A stretch of DNA of 64,000 nucleotides, taken from NCBI GenBank assembly GCA_949292875.1, contig CASFBJ010000004.1, forward strand, positions 15,903 through 79,902. Reading direction: 5' to 3'. The notes beneath the pieces were generated by a model. That model did not search any database, had not been told where the DNA came from, and saw nothing but the letters and a program-made list of their open reading frames with translations. Below are positions 9,198 to 18,800 of the stretch, in pieces (the first letter of the stretch is position 1; the number at the start of each line of letters is the position of its first letter). The translations under genes were made by a program, and so were the position numbers. The DNA is from an uncultured Christensenella sp. (GTDB lineage: Bacteria > Bacillota > Clostridia > Christensenellales > UBA1242).

Positions 9198-11042
9198 TTA
9201 TTTTTTTGATTTCAAATAAACAAGTAACACTGCTATATCTGCCGGGTTTACACCGCTTATTCTGCTTGCTTGTGCAATATTAAGTGGTTTTATTTCATTT
9301 AATTTTTGTATTGCTTCAAGTCTTAGTCCCTTTATCTTATTGTAGTCAAAATCTGTGCTTAGTGCAATGTCTTCTTTTTCTTGCATTTGCTTTCTTAGCA
9401 TTTGTTCTTTCTCTATGTAACCCTCGTACTTTATCTCAGTAGTAATGTAGTCAAGAACTTTTTTGTCTATACCTACAAAACAACCTAATTCTTGTTGGCA
9501 ATCGTACGCAGTTATATTATTTCTCTTTATTATTTGTTTCAAATTCATACCACTCTTTGGCTCGTTTTCGCCTTTTTCTAAAAACAGACTTTTTATTTTT
9601 GCAGGACTAAAACCTTTGTCTAGTTCACTTTTTGCTTGTGCTATTTGTTTCATTTTTTTGTTGTACAATCTCTTTCTTTTACTATCTGCAAGTCCTATAT
9701 CTATTGCTTTTTGAGTAAGTCTTATATCTGCATTGTCTTGTCTAAGATTAAGTCTGTATTCAGCACGGCTTGTCATCATTCTATAAGGTTCATTTGTTCC
9801 TTTTGTAACTAAGTCGTCTATAAGTACGCCTATATAACTTTCGCTTCTATTTAGTATTAGTGGTTTTTCGCCTTTTAGTTTTAAGCCAGCATTTATTCCA
9901 GCAATTAAACCTTGCGCTCCTGCCTCTTCATAACCGCTTGAGCCATTTATTTGACCTGCACAATATAATCCGCTGATTAGTTTAGTTTCTAAAGTAGGGT
10001 AAAGTTGTGTACTATCTATGCAATCGTATTCTATAGCATAGGCATCTCGCATTATCTTACAATTTTCTAGCCCTATTATACTATGATACATTTGCTTCTG
10101 TACTTTTGTTCCCATGCTTGTACTCATGCCTTGAACATACACTTCTTTAGAATTTAGTGTTTCAGGTTCTAAGAAAACTTGATGCCTTTCTTTATCTGCA
10201 AAGCGCACTATTTTAGATTCTATACTTGGGCAATATCTAGGGCCTATTCCTTTTATTTCTCCGCTTATCATAGGGCAATCGTCTAGATTATCTAATATTA
10301 TCTGTTTTGTTTCGCTTGTTGTGTATGTAAGGTAGCAACACACCTTGTTTTTAAGTTTTTTTGTTGTGGTGAAGCTAAATGTTTGAATGTCTTCATCTCC
10401 GTATTGTATTTCTGTTTTGCTAAAGTCTATACTATCTCTATGTACTCTCGCTGGAGTTCCTGTTTTAAATCTTCTTATAGTGAGTCCTAAGTTTGCAAGA
10501 GAAGAAGTAAGATATGTAGCATTTGAAAAACCATTTGGACCACAATTTTTAATCCAATCACCAACTATAATTCTACTATTTAGATAAACGCCTGTACAAA
10601 CAACTACTGCATCACATTCAAAATATTCGCCTTGAGCGGTTTTAACGCCTACAACCTTATTGTCCTTTACAACTATCTCGCTTGCTTCTGCTTGTTTGAT
10701 ATCTAGATTTTTTTGATTTTCAAGCACAAGTTTCATATGTTCGTGATAATCTCTTTTATCCGCTTGTGCTCTTAAAGATTGTACAGCGGGACCTTTGCTC
10801 CTATTTAACATTCTAATCTGTATAAGTGTTGCATCTGTATTTTTACCCATTTCACCACCTAAGGCATCTATCTCGCATACAAGATGCCCTTTTGCTGTTC
10901 CGCCGATAGATGGGTTGCAAGCAAGGTGCGCTATACTATCTAGATTAAGTGTGAGTAAAGTAGTTTGTATTCCTAATCTCGCAAGTGCCAAACACGCCTC
11001 ACAACCTGCGTGTCCACTGCCTATAACTATTGCTTTTTTCAT
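9198..11042 (-). CDS. mnmG: tRNA uridine-5-carboxymethylaminomethyl modification enzyme MnmG/GidA (start MKKAIVIG)
   Basis: GSGHAGCEA, CNPSIGG.AKGHL, NRSKGPAV, RFKTGTP, GPRYCPSIE, GQINGSSGYEEA, EPYRMMTSRAEYRL. Confidence 0.98.
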   Translation of the reverse strand: MKKAIVIGSGHAGCEACLALARLGIQTTLLTLNLDSIAHLACNPSIGGTAKGHLVCEIDALGGEMGKNTDATLIQIRMLNRSKGPAVQSLRAQADKRDYHEHMKLVLENQKNLDIKQAEASEIVVKDNKVVGVKTAQGEYFECDAVVVCTGVYLNSRIIVGDWIKNCGPNGFSNATYLTSSLANLGLTIRRFKTGTPARVHRDSIDFSKTEIQYGDEDIQTFSFTTTKKLKNKVCCYLTYTTSETKQIILDNLDDCPMISGEIKGIGPRYCPSIESKIVRFADKERHQVFLEPETLNSKEVYVQGMSTSMGTKVQKQMYHSIIGLENCKIMRDAYAIEYDCIDSTQLYPTLETKLISGLYCAGQINGSSGYEEAGAQGLIAGINAGLKLKGEKPLILNRSESYIGVLIDDLVTKGTNEPYRMMTSRAEYRLNLRQDNADIRLTQKAIDIGLADSKRKRLYNKKMKQIAQAKSELDKGFSPAKIKSLFLEKGENEPKSGMNLKQIIKRNNITAYDCQQELGCFVGIDKKVLDYITTEIKYEGYIEKEQMLRKQMQEKEDIALSTDFDYNKIKGLRLEAIQKLNEIKPLNIAQASRISGVNPADIAVLLVYLKSKK

Positions 11043-11049
11043 GAAAAAT

Positions 11050-11078
11050 ATTATAGCAAAAATAAGCAAAAAGTGCAA
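11050..11078 (-). promoter_or_regulatory. mnmG promoter, leaderless geometry
   Basis: TTGCAC-17-TATAAT with TGn extension; ATG 7 nt after the -10; no SD. Confidence 0.65.
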
Positions 11079-11269
11079 GATGATATTTAAAAATTTTTCT
11101 AATTTATCTTTTCTTATGTGCGATAAAGCAATATTTTGTAGAATTATATGTTACTTTGTCAAAGGTACATAATTTTTTTTTAGTAGAATAACCTAAATCT
11201 AGAACAGAGAAAATCAAAAAAAAAGAACTTTTTAAACTAACATTTTAAGTCTAAATTCTTTAAAAACAT

Positions 11270-11298
11270 TTGACATAAAATCAAATATAATATACAAT
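11270..11298 (+). promoter_or_regulatory. sigmaA promoter of the 1057-aa surface protein
   Basis: TTGACA-17-TACAAT; RBS AGGAG before 11333. Confidence 0.75.
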
Positions 11299-11332
11299 AT
11301 CCCTGTTTAATATTAAAAATTAGGAGACTGTT

Positions 11333-14300
11333 ATGATAAAAGGTAAAAAACTTGGGACTTTGTCAATGTGTGCTTTAGTAAGCGTTTCCGCTTTGGTTTC
11401 TAGTCCTTTAGTTGTGGATAATGTTAGAGCAGATGAGATACAAGTAGAAAATTTGCAAACTACTTATAGCATAGATAATAATGGTATGGTTAGCATACCT
11501 GTAGGTAATAGCGGTACAACTATGGAAATAGTTCCTGTTGGAAGCAGTGATAAAGTTGAACCAGATACTAATCTTGAAGATGGTTTCTTTGATTTTAAGC
11601 CTACAGCAAAACAATACAAGGTAACTTATACAAACAATGGAACTGTTAAAACTTTTATAATCAACATTGATTATAATAATGCAAAAATGAAGTTAGATGA
11701 AAAAGAAGTTTGTTTGCCTAAAACATCAGCAAAAGATAGAGATATACTTTTGCCATATCCAAAGATTACAGATAAAGACGGCAATGATATAACTGACCTT
11801 AGTGCAGTAACTATATCTGTTTCAAATAAATCTTCTAATGAAATAGTTGTAGTAGATAGTGAAAAGCCATATACAGATAGTGTAATGTATAAGAAGTTTA
11901 AACCTGAAACTTATGGTACTTATACAGTAAATTATAAGTTTGAAAAACAAGGTTACGATATAATAAACTTACCTTTCACTATAGAAGTTAAGCCAAATTT
12001 CTCAACAGAAGGAGAAATTAGTTTTAGTCTTGATGAAAAGATAGGAACACCTGAGATAGGTAAAGAATTTAAGTTGCCTGAAATTACAGCAAATGACGAT
12101 GAAAATGAGGTAGAAGACATAAATGTAGTTGTAAACTTAAGTTATTATGTAATAAATGAAAAGGGTGAAAAATCTCAAGAAACTGCAATTACAGATTATA
12201 AGTTTACACCAAATCAAGAAGGATATTATGTATTTAAGTACCAAGTAAGCGACGCTTTTGGTAGAGTGGCTCCTACTGCGACATATAAGACTGCAAAAGT
12301 AAAAGATACTCAATCAGCGCAAAATATAATAATGGTAGAGAGTTATGCTATTGGTAAAGATGGTAAACCTTACGAAGTAAACGGCGAAGGTGCTATTACA
12401 ACTACTGAAGCAAAAGATAAGTCTTACAAAATAGCAACTAAGATGCTACAAGGTAAAAATCTTTTCATTCCTGCAATATTTGCTACAGATAATCTTTCTA
12501 AGAGTGCAAACCTTACTTACACAAGAACATTACAGAGATATAACGCAGGTATTTTGCAAGAAGAAATAGAATTAGATAAAGATTGCTATAAGTCTACAAG
12601 TGTACAATTAAGTGAAACTGGTAGTTATGTTTTAACTTATACTATAAAAGATGAAAAAGGCAATGAGATAAGTAGAGAATACAATATAGAAGTTTGCTCA
12701 AGCGATGTATTTAACGATACTACAAAACCAGCAATAACGTTTTCAGCAAATATAGATGAGTCTACAAAATGGGGTTCAAGTTTTACTATTACTAAGCCTA
12801 GCATAATAGACTATGATGATGAAAATAGAATATCTGATAGAAATCCAGAAAATCATGCTTATCTATATTATAAAGCAACAAATGGAAGCGATAAGACATA
12901 TACAACTAACGAAATTGAAATATTTACAAATTCTTCAAACAAATTTGAAATAAATGTATACAAGTCTATACAAGAACTAGAAGAAGAGTTAGAACTTAAG
13001 ACTGGTGAAGGCGAAATAGATTTAACAGATTTTGACATTACTTTATGCTTCAAGTACACTTCTACAGATGACTTTAATAATAAGGCTGAACAAGTAAAAG
13101 AGATTAAAGTAGTAGGAAATACAGAAATACCTACAGTAGTTTATACTAATCCTTCTGGTATAGAGTATAAGCAAGGTCAAGAAATAACTTTAGGCGATTT
13201 AACTATTAACTATGCTACAGGAAGCAGATTTAATGATTACTTGAAAGATATATCTGTTACTTATGAAATAAAAAATAGAGAAACAGGCGCTTCTTTAGGA
13301 TATTATGGAACAAAATACGATTTTAGCGAAACTGGTAAAGTAAAGGTTACTGGAACGAAGTTCTATGCTACTTATTCTGGAAACTATGATATCATTATCA
13401 CTGTTACAGATATTAATGGAAATACAGTTATACAAGATACTACTATTGAAGGAGTAAAGGTTGTATATAATCCTGAGATTGTACTTGATAAAGATACTAT
13501 GACTTTAGAGATAGGTTCTACAGATACTAGTGCTAAAATATATACAATGTACAACAATGGGCAAATTGTAGAGCAGACAGACAAAAACTTTAAAGTAGAG
13601 ATAGTTAGCGGTTCAAGCGTTGCTATAGATTCTAACATGTACTTTAAGGCAGTAAGTGTAGGTACTACAGTAGTTCGTTATACAATGATGAATGAAGATG
13701 GTACTGCAGAACTTGCAACGGCAGATTTAACTATAGAAGTAAGTGATACAAAAGACCCTATTATGAGTTTTGATACAGACCAAGTATTTAATAAAGTAAA
13801 TCATAAAAATGACAAGATTAATCTTCCTATGCCTCATGTAACCGATAATAGCGGTAATGCTACAATAGATATAAAAGTTACTAAGAATGGTAAAGATATT
13901 ACGGTTATAGAAGAAGAAGGTAAGAAACATTTTGTTGCAAGCGAAGAAGGTACTTATACAGTAGTTTACAAAGCTCAAGATAGTTCAGGTAATTCTACTT
14001 CACAAACATTTACAGTAAATGTTGGCGATGTAGATGGACCAATTATAGACATTAAGAATGTTCCTGTAACTAAGGAAGTAGGTAGTTACTATACTATAGA
14101 CTTAAAAGACCTATTTATATATGATGAATATGAAACTGATTTTGAGTATATATTAAGCGAAAATACAACTATAACTTTAAAAGACCCAGAAGGTAACGAA
14201 GTTAAGAGTGAAAAAGCGGGTGAATATACTTACAAGTTAGATAAGGAAGGAACATATACACTAACTATAACAGCAACAGATAGTTCAGAAAAGACAACAA

Positions 14301-14506
14301 CTATAGATAAGACTATAACAGTTTCTAAGGAATCTATAGACCCTGCAGAGCAATCTAGCGCAGGACTTGTTATTGCTATACTTGCATCACTTCTAATACT
14401 TGCATTTGTTATATACTATTTCTTTAAACCAGAAAAGGGCACAAATACAAATAGAAGAAAGAAAATAACAAGTAAAGAAGAAGATAAGAAAAATAATAAA
14501 AAATAG
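11333..14506 (+). CDS. Secreted multi-Ig-like (HYR/DUF5011-like) surface protein with C-terminal TM anchor
   Basis: Signal peptide ending VRA|D; repeats D-x-x-x-P-x-I ... G-x-Y-x-V-x-Y-x-A-x-D-x-x-G-N; TM GLVIAILASLLILAFVIYYFF plus basic tail. Confidence 0.8.
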   Translation: MIKGKKLGTLSMCALVSVSALVSSPLVVDNVRADEIQVENLQTTYSIDNNGMVSIPVGNSGTTMEIVPVGSSDKVEPDTNLEDGFFDFKPTAKQYKVTYTNNGTVKTFIINIDYNNAKMKLDEKEVCLPKTSAKDRDILLPYPKITDKDGNDITDLSAVTISVSNKSSNEIVVVDSEKPYTDSVMYKKFKPETYGTYTVNYKFEKQGYDIINLPFTIEVKPNFSTEGEISFSLDEKIGTPEIGKEFKLPEITANDDENEVEDINVVVNLSYYVINEKGEKSQETAITDYKFTPNQEGYYVFKYQVSDAFGRVAPTATYKTAKVKDTQSAQNIIMVESYAIGKDGKPYEVNGEGAITTTEAKDKSYKIATKMLQGKNLFIPAIFATDNLSKSANLTYTRTLQRYNAGILQEEIELDKDCYKSTSVQLSETGSYVLTYTIKDEKGNEISREYNIEVCSSDVFNDTTKPAITFSANIDESTKWGSSFTITKPSIIDYDDENRISDRNPENHAYLYYKATNGSDKTYTTNEIEIFTNSSNKFEINVYKSIQELEEELELKTGEGEIDLTDFDITLCFKYTSTDDFNNKAEQVKEIKVVGNTEIPTVVYTNPSGIEYKQGQEITLGDLTINYATGSRFNDYLKDISVTYEIKNRETGASLGYYGTKYDFSETGKVKVTGTKFYATYSGNYDIIITVTDINGNTVIQDTTIEGVKVVYNPEIVLDKDTMTLEIGSTDTSAKIYTMYNNGQIVEQTDKNFKVEIVSGSSVAIDSNMYFKAVSVGTTVVRYTMMNEDGTAELATADLTIEVSDTKDPIMSFDTDQVFNKVNHKNDKINLPMPHVTDNSGNATIDIKVTKNGKDITVIEEEGKKHFVASEEGTYTVVYKAQDSSGNSTSQTFTVNVGDVDGPIIDIKNVPVTKEVGSYYTIDLKDLFIYDEYETDFEYILSENTTITLKDPEGNEVKSEKAGEYTYKLDKEGTYTLTITATDSSEKTTTIDKTITVSKESIDPAEQSSAGLVIAILASLLILAFVIYYFFKPEKGTNTNRRKKITSKEEDKKNNKK

Positions 14507-14513
14507 TTAAAAT

Positions 14514-14563
14514 AAAAGGGTATACCAAATTATTGACAACAATAATTAAAGTATACCTTTTTT
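14514..14563 (+). terminator. Terminator hairpin
   Basis: AAAAGGGTATAC...AATTATTG-acaa-CAATAATT...GTATACCTTTTTTT. Confidence 0.65.
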
Positions 14564-14669
14564 ATATATGTCTTTTTAAATACCTTATTTATAGAAATAA
14601 AAAACTATAACGCTATAGCGTTTATAAATGTAAATATTATATATTACATGGATAAGTAATTAATAGTAA

Positions 14670-15002
14670 TTATATATTTTCTTCCTCTGTTTGCTCTTCA
14701 CTAATCATTTTGTGGTATTCTTCAAATACGGCATTTATAATATTTTCATCTTTTACATAGTCAAATGCTTGCTCGCAATCTTCTTCAAAATTTAAACGGC
14801 AAACTATACCGTCATTTTCTTCAAAATACCCATAAGAAAATATAGGTTGTAATATAATGTATACTTTTTTATCAAGTGGTACAATTGCCATTTGTCTAAA
14901 AGTAATATTAAAAGTTAAATCTTTGTTATTTTTATTAGTTATTATATCATATAAAAACCCCATTTTCTTTCTATACGCTCTTCTTTTTTTATTTCCAAAC
15001 AT
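14670..15002 (-). CDS. Hypothetical protein (110 aa, start MFGNKKRR)
   Basis: RBS AAGGAG; directly follows radC; no recognisable motif. Confidence 0.7.
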   Translation of the reverse strand: MFGNKKRRAYRKKMGFLYDIITNKNNKDLTFNITFRQMAIVPLDKKVYIILQPIFSYGYFEENDGIVCRLNFEEDCEQAFDYVKDENIINAVFEEYHKMISEEQTEEENI

Positions 15003-15031
15003 TTTATACTCCTTTTCTTTTGTTAAATTTA

Positions 15032-15700
15032 TTACATGCCTTTTAGCATACAAAAGTATTCATCATTTTGACAAATGATAAGATGCTCTACAAGTTGTAT
15101 TTGTAGTATATCTAAAACTTGCTTCAATTCTTTAGTAAAGATTAAATCAGCAGAAGATGGTTTACAACTATTTGTAAGATGATTGTGTCCTATTATTACT
15201 TTGTTTGGGTTATGTTTTAGTATCCCTTTTATAGTGGTTTTAGTTGTTACTGTTATTTCATCTTTTAAGCCTTCTGCTATCTTTTCTATAGCGATGATAT
15301 TATCAAATTTATCTATACAAATAGCATACAATTCTTCATGGTCTAATGGTCTAAGTAACATTTGAAAGACAATGGAAGCTTGTTCTATGTTTTCTATCTT
15401 ATTGAATTTTACAATTCTGCTTTGAGTATATCTAGATATAATCTTTGGGATAAGTGTAAGTAGGCAAGCCGATACATATCCAAGCCCTTTTTCATGGCAA
15501 AGAGTTTCGTAATCACAATCTAGTACATTTGATAATGTGCCGTATTTCTTTATTAGATTATGAGCTATTTCATTTGTATTTTGTCTAACTATGCCAAAGT
15601 TTAGTAAAAGTTCTAAAACTTCGTGGTCTGCAAGTGAATGAATATTTTTTAAAGCTTTCGCTCTAAGTCTTTCTTTATGTCCTGCATGAATGTTTGTCAT
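15032..15700 (-). CDS. radC: RadC-family JAB-domain protein
   Basis: HAGHKERLR, EVLELLL, HhH region GLGYVSA, JAB motif HNH...PSSAD. Confidence 0.9.
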   Translation of the reverse strand: MTNIHAGHKERLRAKALKNIHSLADHEVLELLLNFGIVRQNTNEIAHNLIKKYGTLSNVLDCDYETLCHEKGLGYVSACLLTLIPKIISRYTQSRIVKFNKIENIEQASIVFQMLLRPLDHEELYAICIDKFDNIIAIEKIAEGLKDEITVTTKTTIKGILKHNPNKVIIGHNHLTNSCKPSSADLIFTKELKQVLDILQIQLVEHLIICQNDEYFCMLKGM

Positions 15701-15850
15701 ATATAATTCCTATTTTTTTCTTTTGTTTATTCTTTCTTATTATTGCAAAAATTTTTTAGTTTCGCAAGTATTTTTTTAGTAAGTTATTTTTTAAAAAAGG
15801 ATATAGTCTCATGCTATATCCTTATATATATTTATGCTATATCCTTATAT

Positions 15851-18800
15851 TTATTTATGCTTTATTATAGTGTACTCATAATCATTTCTTGTTTTACTTC
15901 TCTTTTTCTTTCTTATAACCAATATTACTATAAGTATAATTACTAGCAAAACAAGCACGCCTATACCTATTAAAGTATACATCATTACATTTTTATCCAT
16001 TAGTACAAAAACTTCAGTAAATTTGTAGTTTGCACTAAACATATTATTTACATTATTTCTTTCAAAACTTTCTTTCGTTTGGTCTATGTATACTTCTATG
16101 AGGTGAGTTCCAGAACCTTCCACATAAAGTGTTGTTTCTGTTTTAAAGTTTGTTTCATCACTAAGTTCAGGAACTTTTTTACTTGTTTTTACAAATACTC
16201 CATCTACATACCAGTAGAATGTAGGGTCATCATTTTTTAGTGTATCATCTTTATTTTTGTATACAGTCGCACTAACATATGTTTCACCAGCAGAGAACTG
16301 AGAAGATGAACTGCTTATTTTTATCCAACCAAATTGTTGATAGTATATTTCTACAGTTCTAACAAAAGGTTGAGATACATTTCCACTTGCATCTTTTGCT
16401 GTATATATAATTTCATAAACACCAGGAATGTAGGTATTTATACTGTAGTCACTAACTTCTGCACTCCAATCTCCTTGAACAGTAGATTGAACTACACCAT
16501 CTTTCTTTATAACTACTGTTACTATTGTATCTATATCTTTTGATGTATTGTAATCATCATATGCAATTAGGTCTGCATCTATAAATCCTGAGTTATAGTA
16601 AGGATAATTCATTCCCTTTGTAATTACATACCTGTCTTGACTATCTTCTTGTGTCATGCGTATTTCTGGTGCGGTAGTGTCTATAATGTATATCTCTTTA
16701 TAGAATGTTGTATCGGACATATTTGTATGCGTATGATACATGACGTACTGTTGAATGTAATAGTTAGAACTTGTTGTTAATTCGTTAATTTTAAGTTCTA
16801 CATCAGTTTCAAGCATTGTTCTAAGAGAATCTGTGTAAGTAAAGTCGTTTGCACTACAATTTTCATAAGTAAATATATCTTTAAGCAAAACTTCTTGTTT
16901 TGTTTGAGCGTTATCTGTTGAGTCAAATTCGCAATATACTTTGTGGTCATCTATGTTTTCTGCTTCATTTTGATTTATGTAAATTTTTTGATGTTTTATT
17001 CTACAAGTGAAATTTATGTTATAAGCGTTTATTTTGCAATTAATATTGTAGTCTTTTGCATCTGTAAGGTAATATATAGTCCACAATGTTTCACCTGTGT
17101 CGCCTGTATATGTTTCATATTTTATGCCATCGTAAGTAAAGTCAATAACAAGGTCAATGTTTCCACTTAGTATATAGAATTTTGCCAAAGTATCCTCGCT
17201 AGTTTTTATGTCTTTTTTGAAACTAACTAGCGTTTCGTTTGTTGAGTTTAACCCTTGTATACCTAAAATAATGCGCGCTTCATAATTTTTAAATACTGAA
17301 CTTTTTATAAGCGTTCTATTGTAATTTTCGCCTAAATCTAATTCGTTTGCAAAAAGTATAAGTTCAATGTCTTTATTAAATACATTACTTTGTTCAAATG
17401 GCCTTAGGTATGTAATGCTATTGTATGATAAATCTAATCTTTGTAAATTAGTGAAGAGAGTAGGGTTTATAAGCAAATTTCTCATAGGGTCTGAAATAGT
17501 TATACTACTTCCATCACCTAATTCTTGATTGTTCTCAATCTTGTTATTAGAAAGATTAAGTACAGCAAGATTATTAAAAATCATTTTGTCAAAACCATTT
17601 CCACCATCTGTAGTTTCAAAGTTACTAATATTTGAATTAGAAAGATTTAGTTCTACAGCAGAGTAAAAGTCGTATGCATATATTTTATCACTATCAAAGC
17701 CTTTTGCTTTTAGTAGTGCACTTTCTAAGTTTTTGTCTTTAAAACTTATTTCATGGTTCATCTCTATATGACTAAAGATCTTAAATTGGTAACAATCTAT
17801 AAGTTTCTTTTGACCAACCATTGTTCCTGTATCTCTATCAAAGGCATAGAACTTAATGTTGTACTCAAATGTAATTAGTCCATTAGTTATAGTGCCGTAA
17901 GTTACTGAAGCTACTGCTATATACTCATCTTTTACTGTTTGATTAGGGAAAGAAATACTTAAGTCATCATTTGAAGCTCTTAATGGTGCACCATTATCAC
18001 TTTCCATTTTTTGCCATTCAGTAGAAAGGAAATAATAGTCTGATGTTGTTTGGCCGATTGAATTTTTATCTTTTAATACAGGGTTTGTAGGATAAATATT
18101 TTTATATATTATATCCAGTGCAGGTTTAGTAACCTGTGATACAGTATAATACATATTTTGTTCTATGTTTTTAAAAGGTATTCCACTAGATATTGCTCTA
18201 GAATTAAGTTCCATTGTAATTACAAAATATCCTGAATTTGGTCTAGAATTTGTATTTGTCCAATTAGTATAAGTGTCCTTACTGCTAAAGTCTACTGTGG
18301 AACTATTTATTTTAACTGTATACAACTTTTGAGTAGAACTTAGATTTAAAGCATTTGTATAATAATACTCCCATTTACTTGAGTTAGCATAATGGTCATA
18401 ATTTTGTAAAAATTGAACAAGTACAATGTATGTATCATATGCGCTTTTAAAATTTACATTGTCTGTAGGTGTAGTTTTATCTATAAGGAAATTATTATTA
18501 GCATTTCCGCCTTTGTATGGCGTTGTGCCGTCTTCGTTTTGTCTATCATTTCCTTTAATAGATATTTGGTTAAAAGCAAGGTTTACAAGTTGTAAGGTTT
18601 GTTTTGTAAGCCCTCTACCTTTTAGGATATTTTCATCAGTTAAGTCTTTAAGTGGTGTAGGGTCTGTAATTTGATTGTATGATAAATCTACATATTCTAA
18701 AGTTATAAGACTTTCTATGTTTTGAATGTTTGAGATTTTGTTTCCGCCAGCATTTAAGACTTTAATATTAGGTAATAAATCTGCATTAAATAGCATAGAA

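Noticed and set aside
11413-11421. Perfect DnaA box TGTGGATAA inside the Ig-protein CDS
   Set aside because: It is isolated, lies in coding sequence and has no partner box; likely chance.
15743-15946. 67-aa hydrophobic ORF between radC and the LRR gene
   Set aside because: Low-complexity T-rich reading of intergenic DNA that overlaps the LRR gene end, with no SD.
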